NCBI GenBank assembly: GCA_965221695.1 | Contig: OZ244905.1 | Span: 1,952,001 to 2,016,000, forward strand | Length of the DNA: 64,000 nt | From: Gammaproteobacteria bacterium | GTDB taxonomy: Bacteria; Pseudomonadota; Gammaproteobacteria; Eutrophobiales; Eutrophobiaceae | Direction of reading: 5' to 3' | In this document: one piece after another, positions 51,442 through 62,519 of the stretch | Layout: each line of letters starts with the position of its first letter | How positions within the stretch are numbered: the first letter of the stretch is position 1 | Made by a program: the position numbers and the translations under genes | Notes under the pieces: model-generated | The model's input: the letters and a program-made list of their open reading frames with translations, nothing else | What the model was told of the DNA's origin: nothing | The model's database searches: none

Positions 51442-51798
51442 ATGCCGAATAATGAAATAGCGCTGACCGAGCGCGCCGCCAGGCATGTCAAAACCTACCT
51501 GGCCAAAAATGCCGGGGGGATCGGTCTGCGAGTCGGGGTCAAACCTACGGGCTGCTCCGGTTACCAGTATGTGGTCGAAACCGCAGAGGTCGTAAATGAC
51601 CACGACAGCTCGTTTGAATCCAACGGCGTCACCGTCGTCATCGATGCGCAGAGCCTGCGATACCTGGCCGGAACACAACTGGATTTCGTCAAGGAGGGCC
51701 TGAATGAGGGCTTCAGATTCCACAACCCCAACGTCAGTCAGACCTGCGGTTGTGGCGAGAGTTTCAGTATTTCCGACGATCAACCGGGCAACGGGTAG
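51442..51798 (+). CDS. sufA: A-type Fe-S carrier (SufA/IscA)
   Basis: TGCSG and CGCGESF. Confidence 0.9.
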   Translation: MPNNEIALTERAARHVKTYLAKNAGGIGLRVGVKPTGCSGYQYVVETAEVVNDHDSSFESNGVTVVIDAQSLRYLAGTQLDFVKEGLNEGFRFHNPNVSQTCGCGESFSISDDQPGNG

Positions 51799-51801
51799 AC
51801 C

Positions 51802-53250
51802 ATGATGGATGAAACGACAAGAGTTGAGGAGCTGGTACATAAGGAATACGAGCACGGTTTCGTCACGGATATCGATACGGATACCGTCGCGCCCGGCCTG
51901 AACGAAGAAGTGATTGCGCTGATATCCAGCAAGAAGGAAGAGCCCGAGTGGCTGCTGGAATGGCGTCTTGACGCGTTTCGGCGCTGGACCCGCATGACCG
52001 AACCGGAATGGGCACATGTGCGTTACCCACCCATTGATTTCCAGGACATTTCCTATTATTCGGCCCCGAAAGCCAAAACGGACGCGCCGAAAAGTCTGGA
52101 TGAGGTGGACCCGAAACTGCTGGAAACTTACGAGAAACTCGGCATTCCGCTGCACGAACAGAAAATGCTGGCCGGCGTTGCGGTGGACGCGGTATTCGAC
52201 AGCGTTTCCGTGGCGACCACGTTCAAGGAGAAACTGGCGGACGCTGGCGTGATTTTCTGTTCATTTTCAGAAGCCGTACAAAACCACCCCGACCTGGTGC
52301 GGGAATACCTGGGTAGCGTCGTGCCGGTCGCGGACAACTATTATGCGGCGCTTAACTCCGCAGTATTTACCGACGGTTCGTTCTGCTTTATTCCAAAAAA
52401 CACCCGCTGCCCGCTGGAACTGTCCACCTACTTCCGCATTAACGCAGCTAACACCGGTCAGTTCGAGAGAACCCTGATCGTTGCCGAAGAAGGTTCTTAT
52501 GTGAGTTACCTGGAAGGTTGCACCGCGCCCATGCGCGATGAGAACCAGTTGCATGCGGCGGTGGTGGAACTGGTTGCGCTGGACAATGCCGAAATCAAGT
52601 ACTCGACGGTACAGAACTGGTACCCCGGCGATGAAAACGGCGTTGGCGGTATTTACAACTTCGTGACCAAGCGCGGCGATTGCCGCGGAAACAACTCCAG
52701 GATTTCCTGGACCCAGATTGAGACCGGTTCGGCGATCACCTGGAAATATCCGAGTTGCATCCTGCGCGGCGACAATTCCAACGGCGAGTTCTATTCCGTC
52801 GCGGTAACCAACAATTACCAGCAGGCAGATACCGGTACCAAGATGATCCACATCGGTAAAAATACCCGCAGCACCATTATCTCCAAGGGCATTTCCGCCG
52901 GGAAGGCACAGAATGCCTACCGCGGCCTGGTCAAGATCAGCAAGGATGCAGATAACGCCCGTAACTATACACAGTGTGATTCCCTGTTGATGAGCGATAC
53001 CTGCGGCGCCCATACGTTTCCCTATATCGAGACCGGAAACGCCGGCGCCATTGTTGAACACGAGGCCACCACGTCCAAGATCAGCGATGACCAGTTGTTC
53101 TATTGCCGCCAGCGCGGGATTGACGAGGAGGATGCCGTGAACATGATTGTCAACGGTTTCTGCAAGGATGTCTTCAAGGAACTTCCGATGGAGTTCGCGG
53201 TGGAGGCACAGAAACTGTTGAATATCACCCTGGAAGGAGCAGTCGGATAA
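51802..53250 (+). CDS. sufB: Fe-S assembly protein SufB
   Basis: [38 protein letters not shown]. Confidence 0.98.
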   Translation: MMDETTRVEELVHKEYEHGFVTDIDTDTVAPGLNEEVIALISSKKEEPEWLLEWRLDAFRRWTRMTEPEWAHVRYPPIDFQDISYYSAPKAKTDAPKSLDEVDPKLLETYEKLGIPLHEQKMLAGVAVDAVFDSVSVATTFKEKLADAGVIFCSFSEAVQNHPDLVREYLGSVVPVADNYYAALNSAVFTDGSFCFIPKNTRCPLELSTYFRINAANTGQFERTLIVAEEGSYVSYLEGCTAPMRDENQLHAAVVELVALDNAEIKYSTVQNWYPGDENGVGGIYNFVTKRGDCRGNNSRISWTQIETGSAITWKYPSCILRGDNSNGEFYSVAVTNNYQQADTGTKMIHIGKNTRSTIISKGISAGKAQNAYRGLVKISKDADNARNYTQCDSLLMSDTCGAHTFPYIETGNAGAIVEHEATTSKISDDQLFYCRQRGIDEEDAVNMIVNGFCKDVFKELPMEFAVEAQKLLNITLEGAVG

Positions 53251-53265
53251 TCAAAGGACGTATCA

Positions 53266-53328
53266 GGTCAGGGTAAATCCCCCAGACTTTGACGGCAACC
53301 GCGATAACAGCGATTTTACTCTGATCCC
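53266..53328. repeat. Imperfect inverted repeat (REP-doublet-like) in the sufB-sufC spacer
   Basis: GGTCAGGGTAAATC at 53266-53279 pairs with GATTTTACTCTGATCC from 53312. Confidence 0.55.
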
Positions 53329-53350
53329 AGACAGCAAGATATGAGGAATA

Positions 53351-54115
53351 GTGACAACAATGTTAACCATTAAAGATCTACAGGTGAGCGTAGAGAACAA
53401 GCAGATACTGAAAGGCCTGAACCTGGCGGTAAATGCAGGCGAAGTGCATGCGATTATGGGTCCCAACGGTTCCGGCAAGAGCACCCTGGCAAGCGTGCTT
53501 GCCGGGCGCGACGGCTACGACATCACGTCAGGCGCGATCGAATACGACGGCAACAACCTGTTCGAACTTTCCCCGGAAGAGCGCGCCCGGCAAGGGATAT
53601 TCCTGGCATTCCAATACCCGGTGGAAATCCCCGGGGTGAACAATATCTACCTGCTCAAGGCAGCGCTGAATGCGATTCGCTCACACCAGGGACAATCTCC
53701 CCTGGACGCGGTTGATTTTTTGCAGGTAGTGCGGCAAAAGATGCAACTGGTGAAGATGGACGAAAGCCTGCTGAACCGGTCAGTGAACGAGGGCTTTTCC
53801 GGCGGCGAAAAAAAACGCAATGAGATCTTCCAGATGGCAGTGCTGGAACCGCGCCTGGCTATCCTGGATGAGACCGATTCAGGACTGGATATCGATGCGC
53901 TGAAGATCGTCGCCGAAGGCGTTAATACACTCCGGAACGAGTCCCGCGCCATCGTCCTGGTAACCCACTACCAACGCTTGCTGAACTATATCGTGCCGGA
54001 TTTCGTACATGTGCTCTCGGACGGGAAGATTATCAAGTCCGGTGACCGCACCCTGGCCATGGAACTCGAGGAAAAAGGCTATGACTGGGTAAGACAGGGA
54101 GCCAAAGCCGCATGA
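53351..54115 (+). CDS. sufC: Fe-S assembly ATPase SufC
   Basis: [35 protein letters not shown]. Confidence 0.98.
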   Translation: MTTMLTIKDLQVSVENKQILKGLNLAVNAGEVHAIMGPNGSGKSTLASVLAGRDGYDITSGAIEYDGNNLFELSPEERARQGIFLAFQYPVEIPGVNNIYLLKAALNAIRSHQGQSPLDAVDFLQVVRQKMQLVKMDESLLNRSVNEGFSGGEKKRNEIFQMAVLEPRLAILDETDSGLDIDALKIVAEGVNTLRNESRAIVLVTHYQRLLNYIVPDFVHVLSDGKIIKSGDRTLAMELEEKGYDWVRQGAKAA

Positions 54116-55443
54116 GCGAGGCCGCCCTGGACCACTATCTCGCGGAATACGACCGGTTCCGGGATACGCTGGCAGCCTCATGGCCGGCGCCGCGCCGCGC
54201 CGACGCGCTGGAGTACCTCAAGACCCACGGTTTCCCCACGCGCAGGACTGAACAGTGGAAATACACCGACATCACCCCCATTACCAGGAGAAAATTCACG
54301 CTCGGTAAACTCTCCGCGCAGCATATTGATGGCGCGCTGGTGGACAAGCTGCGCTTCTCCCGGCTCGACTGCCACGAACTGGTGTTCATAAACGGCAGCT
54401 TCTCCGCCGACATGTCACGCAACCTGCGCCTGCCGTCCGGGGCGACCCTGCGCGCCTTACAATCGGACGGGGAAGACAATTCCGAACTGTTGGAGCGCTA
54501 TTTCGGCAACGAAGATATCGGCCACGCGTTTACCGCGCTGAACACGGCCTTCGTCAACGACGGTGTGCTGGTGCATGTGCCCGAAGACATGGAAATCCCG
54601 ATGCCGATTCACATCATCCACCTCGGTGGCCGGGAGGACGAAACCCAGCCGTCATTGATGTCGCATCCACGCAACTTGATCGCATTGGGCCGTCATGCCG
54701 GTGCAAGCATTATTGAGACTTACGCAGGCATTCCTGATGCGGAATATTTCACGAACAGCCATACCAGTATCCTGGCTCAGGCCGGCGCGCGCCTGGACTA
54801 TTACAAAATCCAGCAGGAAAGCCAACGCGCATACCATATCGGCAAAACCCGGATCAGCCAGGAGGCTGACAGCCGCGTTGACTGCCATGCCCTGTCGCTG
54901 GGGGCGAAGCTGGCACGCTGGGACATTGATGTTGAACTGCTGGAGCCAGGCGCGGAAATCAACCTTAACGGCCTGTATCTGACCCGTAACCGGCAACATA
55001 TCGATAACCATACGCTGGTAGAGCATAAGCAGCCCCACACGACCAGCAACGAGCATTACCGGGGCATTATGAACGAGCGCTCGCGCGCCGTGTTCAACGG
55101 CAAGGTAATCGTGCATGAACAGGCCCAGAAGACCGAGGCGCACCAATCCAATGCCAACCTGCTGCTCTCCGCCGATGCCGAGGTCGACACCAAGCCGGAA
55201 CTGGAGATCTACGCGGATGATGTCAAGTGCAGTCACGGCGCAACAGTGGGACGCCTGGATGAGAACATGTTGTTCTACCTGCGCTCCCGGGCAGTGGATG
55301 AGGACACCGCCAGGAGCCTGCTGACCTATGCATTCGCCGATGAGATAATCCGTGACATCAGGTTCCCGGAGATACGCGCGCGGCTGGAACAAAGCATCGC
55401 CGGCGAGTTACCTGATACCGACCTGATCAAGGAGTTCATGTAA
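54112..55443 (+). CDS. sufD: Fe-S assembly protein SufD
   Basis: [30 protein letters not shown]. Confidence 0.96.
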   Translation: MSEAALDHYLAEYDRFRDTLAASWPAPRRADALEYLKTHGFPTRRTEQWKYTDITPITRRKFTLGKLSAQHIDGALVDKLRFSRLDCHELVFINGSFSADMSRNLRLPSGATLRALQSDGEDNSELLERYFGNEDIGHAFTALNTAFVNDGVLVHVPEDMEIPMPIHIIHLGGREDETQPSLMSHPRNLIALGRHAGASIIETYAGIPDAEYFTNSHTSILAQAGARLDYYKIQQESQRAYHIGKTRISQEADSRVDCHALSLGAKLARWDIDVELLEPGAEINLNGLYLTRNRQHIDNHTLVEHKQPHTTSNEHYRGIMNERSRAVFNGKVIVHEQAQKTEAHQSNANLLLSADAEVDTKPELEIYADDVKCSHGATVGRLDENMLFYLRSRAVDEDTARSLLTYAFADEIIRDIRFPEIRARLEQSIAGELPDTDLIKEFM

Positions 55444-56693
55444 TGACGGCTGCAGCACAACCACTGGATGATTCGGGATTTCCCGTACACCAGTACCGCG
55501 CGGACTTCCCGGTGCTGGCGCGCACAGTGCGCGACAAGCCACTGGTTTACCTGGACAACGCCGCCACCGCGCAAAAACCGCGCCAGGTCATCGAGGCGTT
55601 GGATGAATACTATCGCGGTTACAATTCGAATATCCACCGCGGCGTGCACACGTTGAGTGAACTGGCAACGGAAGCCTACGAGACAGCCCGAAAGAAGATA
55701 CAAACCTTCATCAATGCCGCGTCTCACCAGGAAATCATTTTTGTGCGCGGCACGACGGAGGGAATCAACCTGGTTGCGCAAAGCTACGGCAGGGACAAAC
55801 TCGGCGCCGGGGATGAGATCATCATCTCGGAAATGGAGCACCATTCGAATATCGTCCCCTGGCAATTGTTATGCGAACAGACTGGCGCCACACTGAAGGT
55901 CATTCCCATCAATGACGCCGGCGAACTCGATATGGACGCGTATAAAAACCTGCTGGGCGACAATACCCGGATCGTGGCAATCGGCCATATCTCCAATGCC
56001 CTGGGCACCATCAACCCGGTTGCGGAGATCACGGCGCTGGCCCATGCAGCCGGCGCGGTCACGCTGATCGACGGCGCCCAGGCGGCGCCCCATACAAGGC
56101 TGGACATGGCTGCGCTGGATTGCGATTTCTACGCGTTCTCGGGCCATAAACTGTTCGGGCCAACGGGTATCGGCGTGCTCTACGGAAAACAGGCATTACT
56201 CGATGCCATGCCGCCGTATCACGGTGGCGGCGATATGATAAAGATGGTGACTTTCGAAAAAACCCAGTACAACGATCTGCCTTACAAGTTCGAAGCGGGC
56301 ACACCATACATCGCCGGTGTAATCGGTCTGGGCGCGGCAATCGACTATGTCAACAGTGTCGATATGGACAGCATCCGGGATTATGAACACGGGTTGTTGC
56401 AGTACGCGACCCGGGCAGTTGCGAACATCGCGGGACTGAAGCTGATTGGCACGGCGGCAGAGAAGGCCGGTGTCCTGTCTTTCGTGATGGATGGGATCCA
56501 CCCGCATGACCTCGGCACCATACTGGACCACGACGGCATAGCCATCAGGGCCGGCCACCATTGCGCGATGCCGGTGATGGAGCGCTATCGCGTGCCCGCC
56601 ACATCCAGGGCTTCGTTTGCGTTTTACAATACCACGGAAGAAGTGGACAAACTGGTTGCCGGGCTTGACAAGGCAAAACATATTTTCCAGTAA
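55443..56693 (+). CDS. sufS: Cysteine desulfurase SufS
   Basis: YLDNAATAQKP, FSGHKLFGPTG, RAGHHCA. Confidence 0.97.
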   Translation: MTAAAQPLDDSGFPVHQYRADFPVLARTVRDKPLVYLDNAATAQKPRQVIEALDEYYRGYNSNIHRGVHTLSELATEAYETARKKIQTFINAASHQEIIFVRGTTEGINLVAQSYGRDKLGAGDEIIISEMEHHSNIVPWQLLCEQTGATLKVIPINDAGELDMDAYKNLLGDNTRIVAIGHISNALGTINPVAEITALAHAAGAVTLIDGAQAAPHTRLDMAALDCDFYAFSGHKLFGPTGIGVLYGKQALLDAMPPYHGGGDMIKMVTFEKTQYNDLPYKFEAGTPYIAGVIGLGAAIDYVNSVDMDSIRDYEHGLLQYATRAVANIAGLKLIGTAAEKAGVLSFVMDGIHPHDLGTILDHDGIAIRAGHHCAMPVMERYRVPATSRASFAFYNTTEEVDKLVAGLDKAKHIFQ

Positions 56694-56698
56694 CGGCC

Positions 56699-57151
56699 AT
56701 GTTCGATATCAAAGACCTGTACCAGGAAGTGATCGTCGATCACAACCGCAGCCCCAGGAATTTCGGCAAGCTCGACCCTGTCGGGAGATCCCTGGAAGGG
56801 TTCAACCCCCTGTGTGGCGACCGCCTGACGCTGTACCTGAACCTGGATGACGATGGCCACATCGGCGATATCAGTTTCGACGGTTCAGGCTGTGCCATCT
56901 CCATTGCGTCGGCGTCGTTGATGACCGAAGGCGTCAAGGGGAAGTCCATTCAGGAAGCCGAGACCCTGTTCGGCGACTTCCACGAACTGCTGACCGATTC
57001 CGCCCAGGCTATCGACCCGGCCGTTATGGGAAAACTCGCAGTCCTGGCAGGGGTGCGGGAGTATCCAAGCCGGGTAAAGTGCGCGACCTTGTGCTGGCAC
57101 ACGTTGCGCGCGCTGCTGGCCGGTGATCACGCGACGGTATCTACGGAATAA
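56699..57151 (+). CDS. sufU: SufU (NifU-like) sulfur-transfer protein
   Basis: LYQEVI.DH, NPLCGD, GCAIS.ASAS, RVKCATL.W. Confidence 0.93.
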   Translation: MFDIKDLYQEVIVDHNRSPRNFGKLDPVGRSLEGFNPLCGDRLTLYLNLDDDGHIGDISFDGSGCAISIASASLMTEGVKGKSIQEAETLFGDFHELLTDSAQAIDPAVMGKLAVLAGVREYPSRVKCATLCWHTLRALLAGDHATVSTE

Positions 57152-57153
57152 TC

Positions 57154-57705
57154 ATGTACACCAACGACCCTGTTACGGTGGCACGCGAGTGTGATGCGAT
57201 CCTGATTCCGACGGGGACGCCAATCACGCTGCCTGAAGGCAGCCTGGTGTTCATTACCCAGGCGCTGGGAGGCAATTACACGGTCAATATCAACGGTAAC
57301 CTGGCCCAGGTAGGACCGAAGGATGCGGACGCCCTCGGTTTTGATCCGTCCGACTATCTCAATTTGGACCAGGAACCCAACCAGGACGGCTCGGTCAATG
57401 AAGCACACCTCTGGGAGCAGATGCGCACCTGTTATGACCCGGAGATCCCGATAAACATAGTCGAACTCGGGTTGGTATATGATTGCCGGATATCATGCTC
57501 GGATGCCGGAGAAAACCAGGTGGATGTGCTCATGACGCTCACTGCGCCAGCCTGCGGCATGGGCGATTTTCTCGCGGCGGATGTGCAAAGCAAGATCTCG
57601 ATGGCGCCGAATGTCGACAAGGTAAATGTTGAACTGACTTTTGACCCGCCATGGAGTCCGGAGATGATGACCGAAGCGGCGCGCCTGGAAACCGGGTTAA
57701 TGTAA
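57154..57705 (+). CDS. sufT: Fe-S assembly protein SufT (DUF59)
   Basis: ITQALGG, YDPEIP.NIVELGLVY, TLTAP.CGMG, FDPPW. Confidence 0.92.
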   Translation: MYTNDPVTVARECDAILIPTGTPITLPEGSLVFITQALGGNYTVNINGNLAQVGPKDADALGFDPSDYLNLDQEPNQDGSVNEAHLWEQMRTCYDPEIPINIVELGLVYDCRISCSDAGENQVDVLMTLTAPACGMGDFLAADVQSKISMAPNVDKVNVELTFDPPWSPEMMTEAARLETGLM

Positions 57706-57852
57706 CGCCATTACCAATGCCGACTAGCGCCTGTTATTCTCAGGGAAGCGCCAAACCTGTCCCTCCAGGACTTGCCAGTGCGCGCGCATCCCTGTACCGT
57801 TAGAACCTATGACTTAATCTCAAAGCTTCCTTTGTAAAGTTGGACAAAATAT

Positions 57853-58293
57853 ATGCCTGTAGAACAAACTTTATCCATTATCAAGCCTGATGCGGTAGCC
57901 AACAACCAGATTGGAGCCATCTACCAACGTTTTGAAAACGCCGGACTGAAGATTGTAGCTGCAAAAATGCTACATCTCGACGCGCGCCAGGCTTCCGAAT
58001 TTTACGCCGTGCACAAGGGAAAACCTTTTTTTCACGAGTTGGTGGATTTCATGATTTCAGGGCCCATCATGGTGCAAACGCTGGAAGGAGAAAACGCCAT
58101 CGCCAGGAACCGCGAACTGATGGGAGCAACCTTCCCCAAGAACGCCGAACCCGGAACCATTCGCGCGGACTTCTGCGATCCGGCCGGCGACCAGGGAGAA
58201 AACGCGGTGCATGGCTCTGATGGACCAGAAACCGCGCGCGATGAAATTCGCTTCTTTTTCCGCGCAGAAGAAATCTGCGCGCGCCCCCGGTGA
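57853..58293 (+). CDS. ndk: Nucleoside diphosphate kinase
   Basis: [24 protein letters not shown]. Confidence 0.97.
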   Translation: MPVEQTLSIIKPDAVANNQIGAIYQRFENAGLKIVAAKMLHLDARQASEFYAVHKGKPFFHELVDFMISGPIMVQTLEGENAIARNRELMGATFPKNAEPGTIRADFCDPAGDQGENAVHGSDGPETARDEIRFFFRAEEICARPR

Positions 58294-58355
58294 GTTGTTC
58301 GTGCTGATCTTCAGCGCCTCGCCGCTGGTTGTAATCGGATACTTCTGCACTATCG

Positions 58356-59459
58356 ATGAATTGCGTTAACCTGTTCAACCTGAACCGGAGCGCCATGCGG
58401 GATTACTTTGCCGGCATGAAGGAACAGCCTTTTCGCGCCACCCAGGTAATGAAATGGATCTACCACCAGGGGGTCACCGATTTTGCCGACATGACCGACC
58501 TGAGCAAGGCTTTGCGGGCGCGTCTGACCGGCAGCGCTTATTCAAATTTGCCGGCCATCCTCTCTGAAAAGACCTCAACAGACGGTACCCGCAAGTGGCT
58601 CTTTGGGGTTGATGGCGATAACGCCATCGAGACTGTTTTTATTCCGGAGCCCAAGCGCGGCACCTTGTGTATTTCTTCACAGGTCGGTTGCGCCTTGAAT
58701 TGCGCCTTCTGCTCAACCGGAAAACAAGGCTACAACCGCAATCTTTCGGTTGCAGAAATCATCGGACAGGTCTGGCTGGCAAACAAACAACTGGGCTATT
58801 TTTCCAACCGCAGGCGCGTCATCACCAATATTGTGCTGATGGGAATGGGAGAGCCGCTGCTCAATTTTGATCATGTCCTTGAGGCGGTCGAGCTGATTAC
58901 CGATGATCTCGGCTTCGGTCTGGCGAACAAACGCGTGACACTGAGCACTGCCGGAATCGTGCCCGGCATCATTAAGCTGTCCCAGCGCAGCAGGATCAGT
59001 CTGGCGGTCTCATTGCATGCAGCCAACGACGCGCTACGGGACGAACTGGTGCCAATTAACAGGTCGTACCCGATTCGCGAGCTGTTAGCGGCCTGCCGCC
59101 GCTATAGTGAGGCCACGGGCAACGAACTAATCACCTTCGAATACGTGCTCTTACGTGGAATAAATGATTCTGAAAACGATGCCCGGGAACTGGCAAAACT
59201 GCTAAAAGGATTTCCTGCGAAAGTCAATTTGATTATCTTCAATCCGTTTCCCGGCGCCGGCTTCAGCCGCTCTTCCATGGAAACAACAGACCGGTTTCGG
59301 GATATACTGACAGGTTCCGGCATCATTACCATTACCCGCAAGACGCGCGGCGATGATATCGATGCCGCTTGTGGCCAACTGGTTGGGCTCGTACGGGCGC
59401 GCGCCCGGAACAGACAAACACAGGCTGAAATAACAACAAACGAACTGGCGTTGACATGA
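58356..59459 (+). CDS. rlmN: Dual-specificity RNA methyltransferase RlmN
   Basis: CISSQVGCALNCAFC radical-SAM motif, MGMGEP, DIDAACGQL. Confidence 0.97.
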   Translation: MNCVNLFNLNRSAMRDYFAGMKEQPFRATQVMKWIYHQGVTDFADMTDLSKALRARLTGSAYSNLPAILSEKTSTDGTRKWLFGVDGDNAIETVFIPEPKRGTLCISSQVGCALNCAFCSTGKQGYNRNLSVAEIIGQVWLANKQLGYFSNRRRVITNIVLMGMGEPLLNFDHVLEAVELITDDLGFGLANKRVTLSTAGIVPGIIKLSQRSRISLAVSLHAANDALRDELVPINRSYPIRELLAACRRYSEATGNELITFEYVLLRGINDSENDARELAKLLKGFPAKVNLIIFNPFPGAGFSRSSMETTDRFRDILTGSGIITITRKTRGDDIDAACGQLVGLVRARARNRQTQAEITTNELALT

Positions 59460-60367
59460 GCGAGCGGCATAACACTGAAGAAGAAATCACTCTCGGCGCA
59501 TATCTACAACGCTTGCGCACGGAAAAGAACATTTCTGTAGCTGAAATGGCGACAAAGATGTACCTGCAACCGAATGTTATTTTGGCTCTGGAACAGGATG
59601 ACCATGAGAACTTGCCAGGGTCGCTTTATGTCCGCGGTTACCTTCAGCTCTACGCCAAAATACTCAATGTGCCGGCGGATCAAATTCTGGCGATGCATAA
59701 GCAGGGCACAGCAGAGCCGCCAAAACAGGCCGCAGAAACGCTGGCTCCATTGAAACCTGAAACGAAACAGCCCGGCCACTGGACTCATATCATCATCTAT
59801 CTGGCCGTGTTTTTTCTGACGCTGGCCGCAGTTGCCCTTTGGCGCAGCCAGTATGCGCAGGAATCCGTGGAGACGAGTGCCGGGCTGGACCGCCCTGCCA
59901 TTATCACCGAAGATACTGACACAACCCACTACTTGCCTGAGGATACCAATACAGAGGAGATTGGAGGAGACACAGATGCGGCGGAAACACCGAACCGGGA
60001 AACGGCAAAAGAACCGGTAACCGAGTCGGAACCGGAGACGGCGCCTGCCGCCACAGAGAATGCCTCCGAACCCGAGCGCGTATATGAAAGTACGACGATT
60101 ATCTCTGGCGTCGGCCCCGACACGATTACGGTGGTTCTGGTCATGGACTGCTGGATTGAGATATTCGATGCTGACAATGAAAAAGTGTATTACGACCTGG
60201 CCCAAGCCGGCCAAACGCTGATATTGAACGGCGTCGCCCCGTTTTCCGTTCTGCTTGGCAACGCGAATGCCGGCACAGTTGAAATCAATAACATACCTTT
60301 TGATATCACCCCGCATGTGACAGGCATCGGCATCGCCCGCTTCGTGCTCGGTGAGGATCAGGGCTAA
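59456..60367 (+). CDS. rodZ: Cytoskeleton protein RodZ
   Basis: N-terminal HTH (YVRGYL..YAK.L), single TM segment, C-terminal CWIEI.D...LGNA domain. Confidence 0.88.
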   Translation: MSERHNTEEEITLGAYLQRLRTEKNISVAEMATKMYLQPNVILALEQDDHENLPGSLYVRGYLQLYAKILNVPADQILAMHKQGTAEPPKQAAETLAPLKPETKQPGHWTHIIIYLAVFFLTLAAVALWRSQYAQESVETSAGLDRPAIITEDTDTTHYLPEDTNTEEIGGDTDAAETPNRETAKEPVTESEPETAPAATENASEPERVYESTTIISGVGPDTITVVLVMDCWIEIFDADNEKVYYDLAQAGQTLILNGVAPFSVLLGNANAGTVEINNIPFDITPHVTGIGIARFVLGEDQG

Positions 60368-61671
60368 TGGAAAAACTGCAAGCTGTCAGGGGGATGCGTG
60401 ATGCGCTGCCCGATGACACGCCCCGATGGCGTCTGCTGGAACGAACCACGCAAGCCATTTTGCGCGCCTATTGCTACCAGGAAATTCGCCTTCCCATCAT
60501 TGAAAAAACCGAGCTTTTTTCCCGCAGCCTCGGCGTCGGCACGGACATTGTGAACAAGGAAATGTACACGTTTCGGGATCGCAACGATGAACTTCTGACC
60601 TTGCGCCCGGAAGGCACCGCAGGGTGCGCGCGCGCGCTGTTGCAACACGGGCTGATCTATTCCGGGCCGCAACGAATCTGGTATCAGGGGCCTATGTTCC
60701 GCCATGAAAGACCGCAGAAAGGACGACAAAGACAATTCTACCAACTCGGCGCTGAGGCATTTGGCATAGCAAGCCCAGAGATTGACGCGGAGCTTATATT
60801 GCTCTGCGCGCGCATTTGGAAAGCTTTGGGAATTAACGATCTGTGCCTGCAACTGAACTCGCTGGGCTCCTATGCGGCGCGGCAGAGTTACCGAAGCCTG
60901 CTGGTCGAATACTTGTCCGATCATCGGGGTCAACTCGATGAGGACAGCATACGACGCCTGGAGACTAATCCGTTGCGAATACTCGACAGCAAGAACCCTG
61001 GGATGCAAACGCTGATCAACGGCGCGCCGTCGTTGCTTGATTCCATCGACGATGAATCCGCTGAACATTTTGCCGCGCTGGGTGAATTGCTTGGCGCAAG
61101 CGGCGTGGATTATGAAATCAAGCCGCGCTTGGTGCGCGGACTTGATTACTACAATCGCACCGTCTTTGAATGGGTTACCGACCGGCTCGGCGCCCAGGGA
61201 ACGCTTTGCGCGGGCGGGCGTTATGACGATCTTGTCACACAGATCGGCGGCAAGGCAACCCCGGCGGTCGGCTTTGCCATGGGGCTAGAGCGCATACTGG
61301 AGTTGATGGAAGCCATGCCGTCGGAGATAGACCTGAGCGCGCCTCGGTTTTATCAGGTTATGGCCGGCAAAGAGGCGTTAACAGCCGGTGTTCTGCTGGC
61401 GGAGCGCCTGCGGAATGAGCTGCCTGACTTACGCTTGATGACGCATTGCGGCGGCGGCAGTTTCAAAAGCCAACTCAGGAAAGCGGATAAGTCAGGGGCC
61501 GATTACGCCCTGATACTCGGCGCTGACGAAGTATCCAGACACACCGCGCTCATCAAGCCGCTGCGCGCGGATGAGGACCAATATGAAATCTCCCAGGATA
61601 AACTTGCCATCGAAGTTGCGCGGCTACTGAACCAGGACAGAACAAACACTACTTTGAGTGTTAGCGACTAA
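60367..61671 (+). CDS. hisS: Histidine-tRNA ligase
   Basis: LRPEGTA, FRHERPQKGR.RQF, LVRGLDYY, GGRYD. Confidence 0.98.
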   Translation: MEKLQAVRGMRDALPDDTPRWRLLERTTQAILRAYCYQEIRLPIIEKTELFSRSLGVGTDIVNKEMYTFRDRNDELLTLRPEGTAGCARALLQHGLIYSGPQRIWYQGPMFRHERPQKGRQRQFYQLGAEAFGIASPEIDAELILLCARIWKALGINDLCLQLNSLGSYAARQSYRSLLVEYLSDHRGQLDEDSIRRLETNPLRILDSKNPGMQTLINGAPSLLDSIDDESAEHFAALGELLGASGVDYEIKPRLVRGLDYYNRTVFEWVTDRLGAQGTLCAGGRYDDLVTQIGGKATPAVGFAMGLERILELMEAMPSEIDLSAPRFYQVMAGKEALTAGVLLAERLRNELPDLRLMTHCGGGSFKSQLRKADKSGADYALILGADEVSRHTALIKPLRADEDQYEISQDKLAIEVARLLNQDRTNTTLSVSD

Positions 61672-61816
61672 GTCGTTTCAGCGCTGGATATCGGTCGCTT
61701 ATTTCGCTGGAGTCGCTTCCTGCGAGAGTAGCGGCGCATTTAATTATCGCCTACGTGTATCCGAGAAGTTCCTTAACCGTGTATAATCGGTTATTGTCTG
61801 AAATCGGAGAAGTTCT

Positions 61817-62449
61817 TTGGACTTACACACTGCTGAAGCGCAGCAGATAGAAGATATTAAAACATGGTGGCGTGAAAACGGGTTGTCCGTTGTGCTCGGC
61901 TTGACCCTGGGCGTGTCAGGGATATTCGGCTGGCGTTACTGGCAGGGCGAAAAAGTTGAACGCGCAGAAGTCGCGTCCGCTCTGTATTCAGAACTGCTCG
62001 CCTCGATACAGGACGAGAACGAAATGGAGGCCCGGGAGACCGCCGATAAAATACTTGCGGAATACCGGAACACCTTGTATAGCGTGTTTGCCCTGATGAG
62101 CCTGGCCGCGCTGGCCGTAGACGCGGATGACCTGGAGACTGCCGAAACGAGGCTGCGCCAGGCCCTGGAGGAAAGTGGCAACCCGTCACTTTCTCACGTC
62201 ATCCGTATCAGGTTGATTCGCGTTCTCATCAGCCGAGATCAACTGGAGCAGGCGAACACGCTGATCAGCGGGCAGAGCAAGAGCGAATTCGCGGCCAACT
62301 ATGACGAACTGCTGGGAGACATCAAGAGCAGGCAGGGGAATATTGACGCGGCACGCGCGGCATATCAGCAGGCCATCAACAAACTACGCGCGGACGGGCG
62401 AGATGTTGCCACAATTGAACTCAAACTCAACAATATCGGCCAACCCTGA
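61817..62449 (+). CDS. yfgM: YfgM ancillary SecYEG subunit (TPR-like)
   Basis: Q.E.IK.WW.ENG, TM segment, ELLGDI; hisS-yfgM-bamB synteny; TTG start with GGAGA. Confidence 0.88.
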   Translation: MDLHTAEAQQIEDIKTWWRENGLSVVLGLTLGVSGIFGWRYWQGEKVERAEVASALYSELLASIQDENEMEARETADKILAEYRNTLYSVFALMSLAALAVDADDLETAETRLRQALEESGNPSLSHVIRIRLIRVLISRDQLEQANTLISGQSKSEFAANYDELLGDIKSRQGNIDAARAAYQQAINKLRADGRDVATIELKLNNIGQP

Positions 62450-62519
62450 CGCTCTTGCTACGCTTACTCTCAGGCGCTGGATTTGCGGCAAAACAACCTG
62501 CGCGCCGGACCGGAGTGAA

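Noticed and set aside
62301-62519. Long N-terminal extension of BamB
   Set aside because: Overlaps yfgM; the lipoprotein signal starts at 62520.
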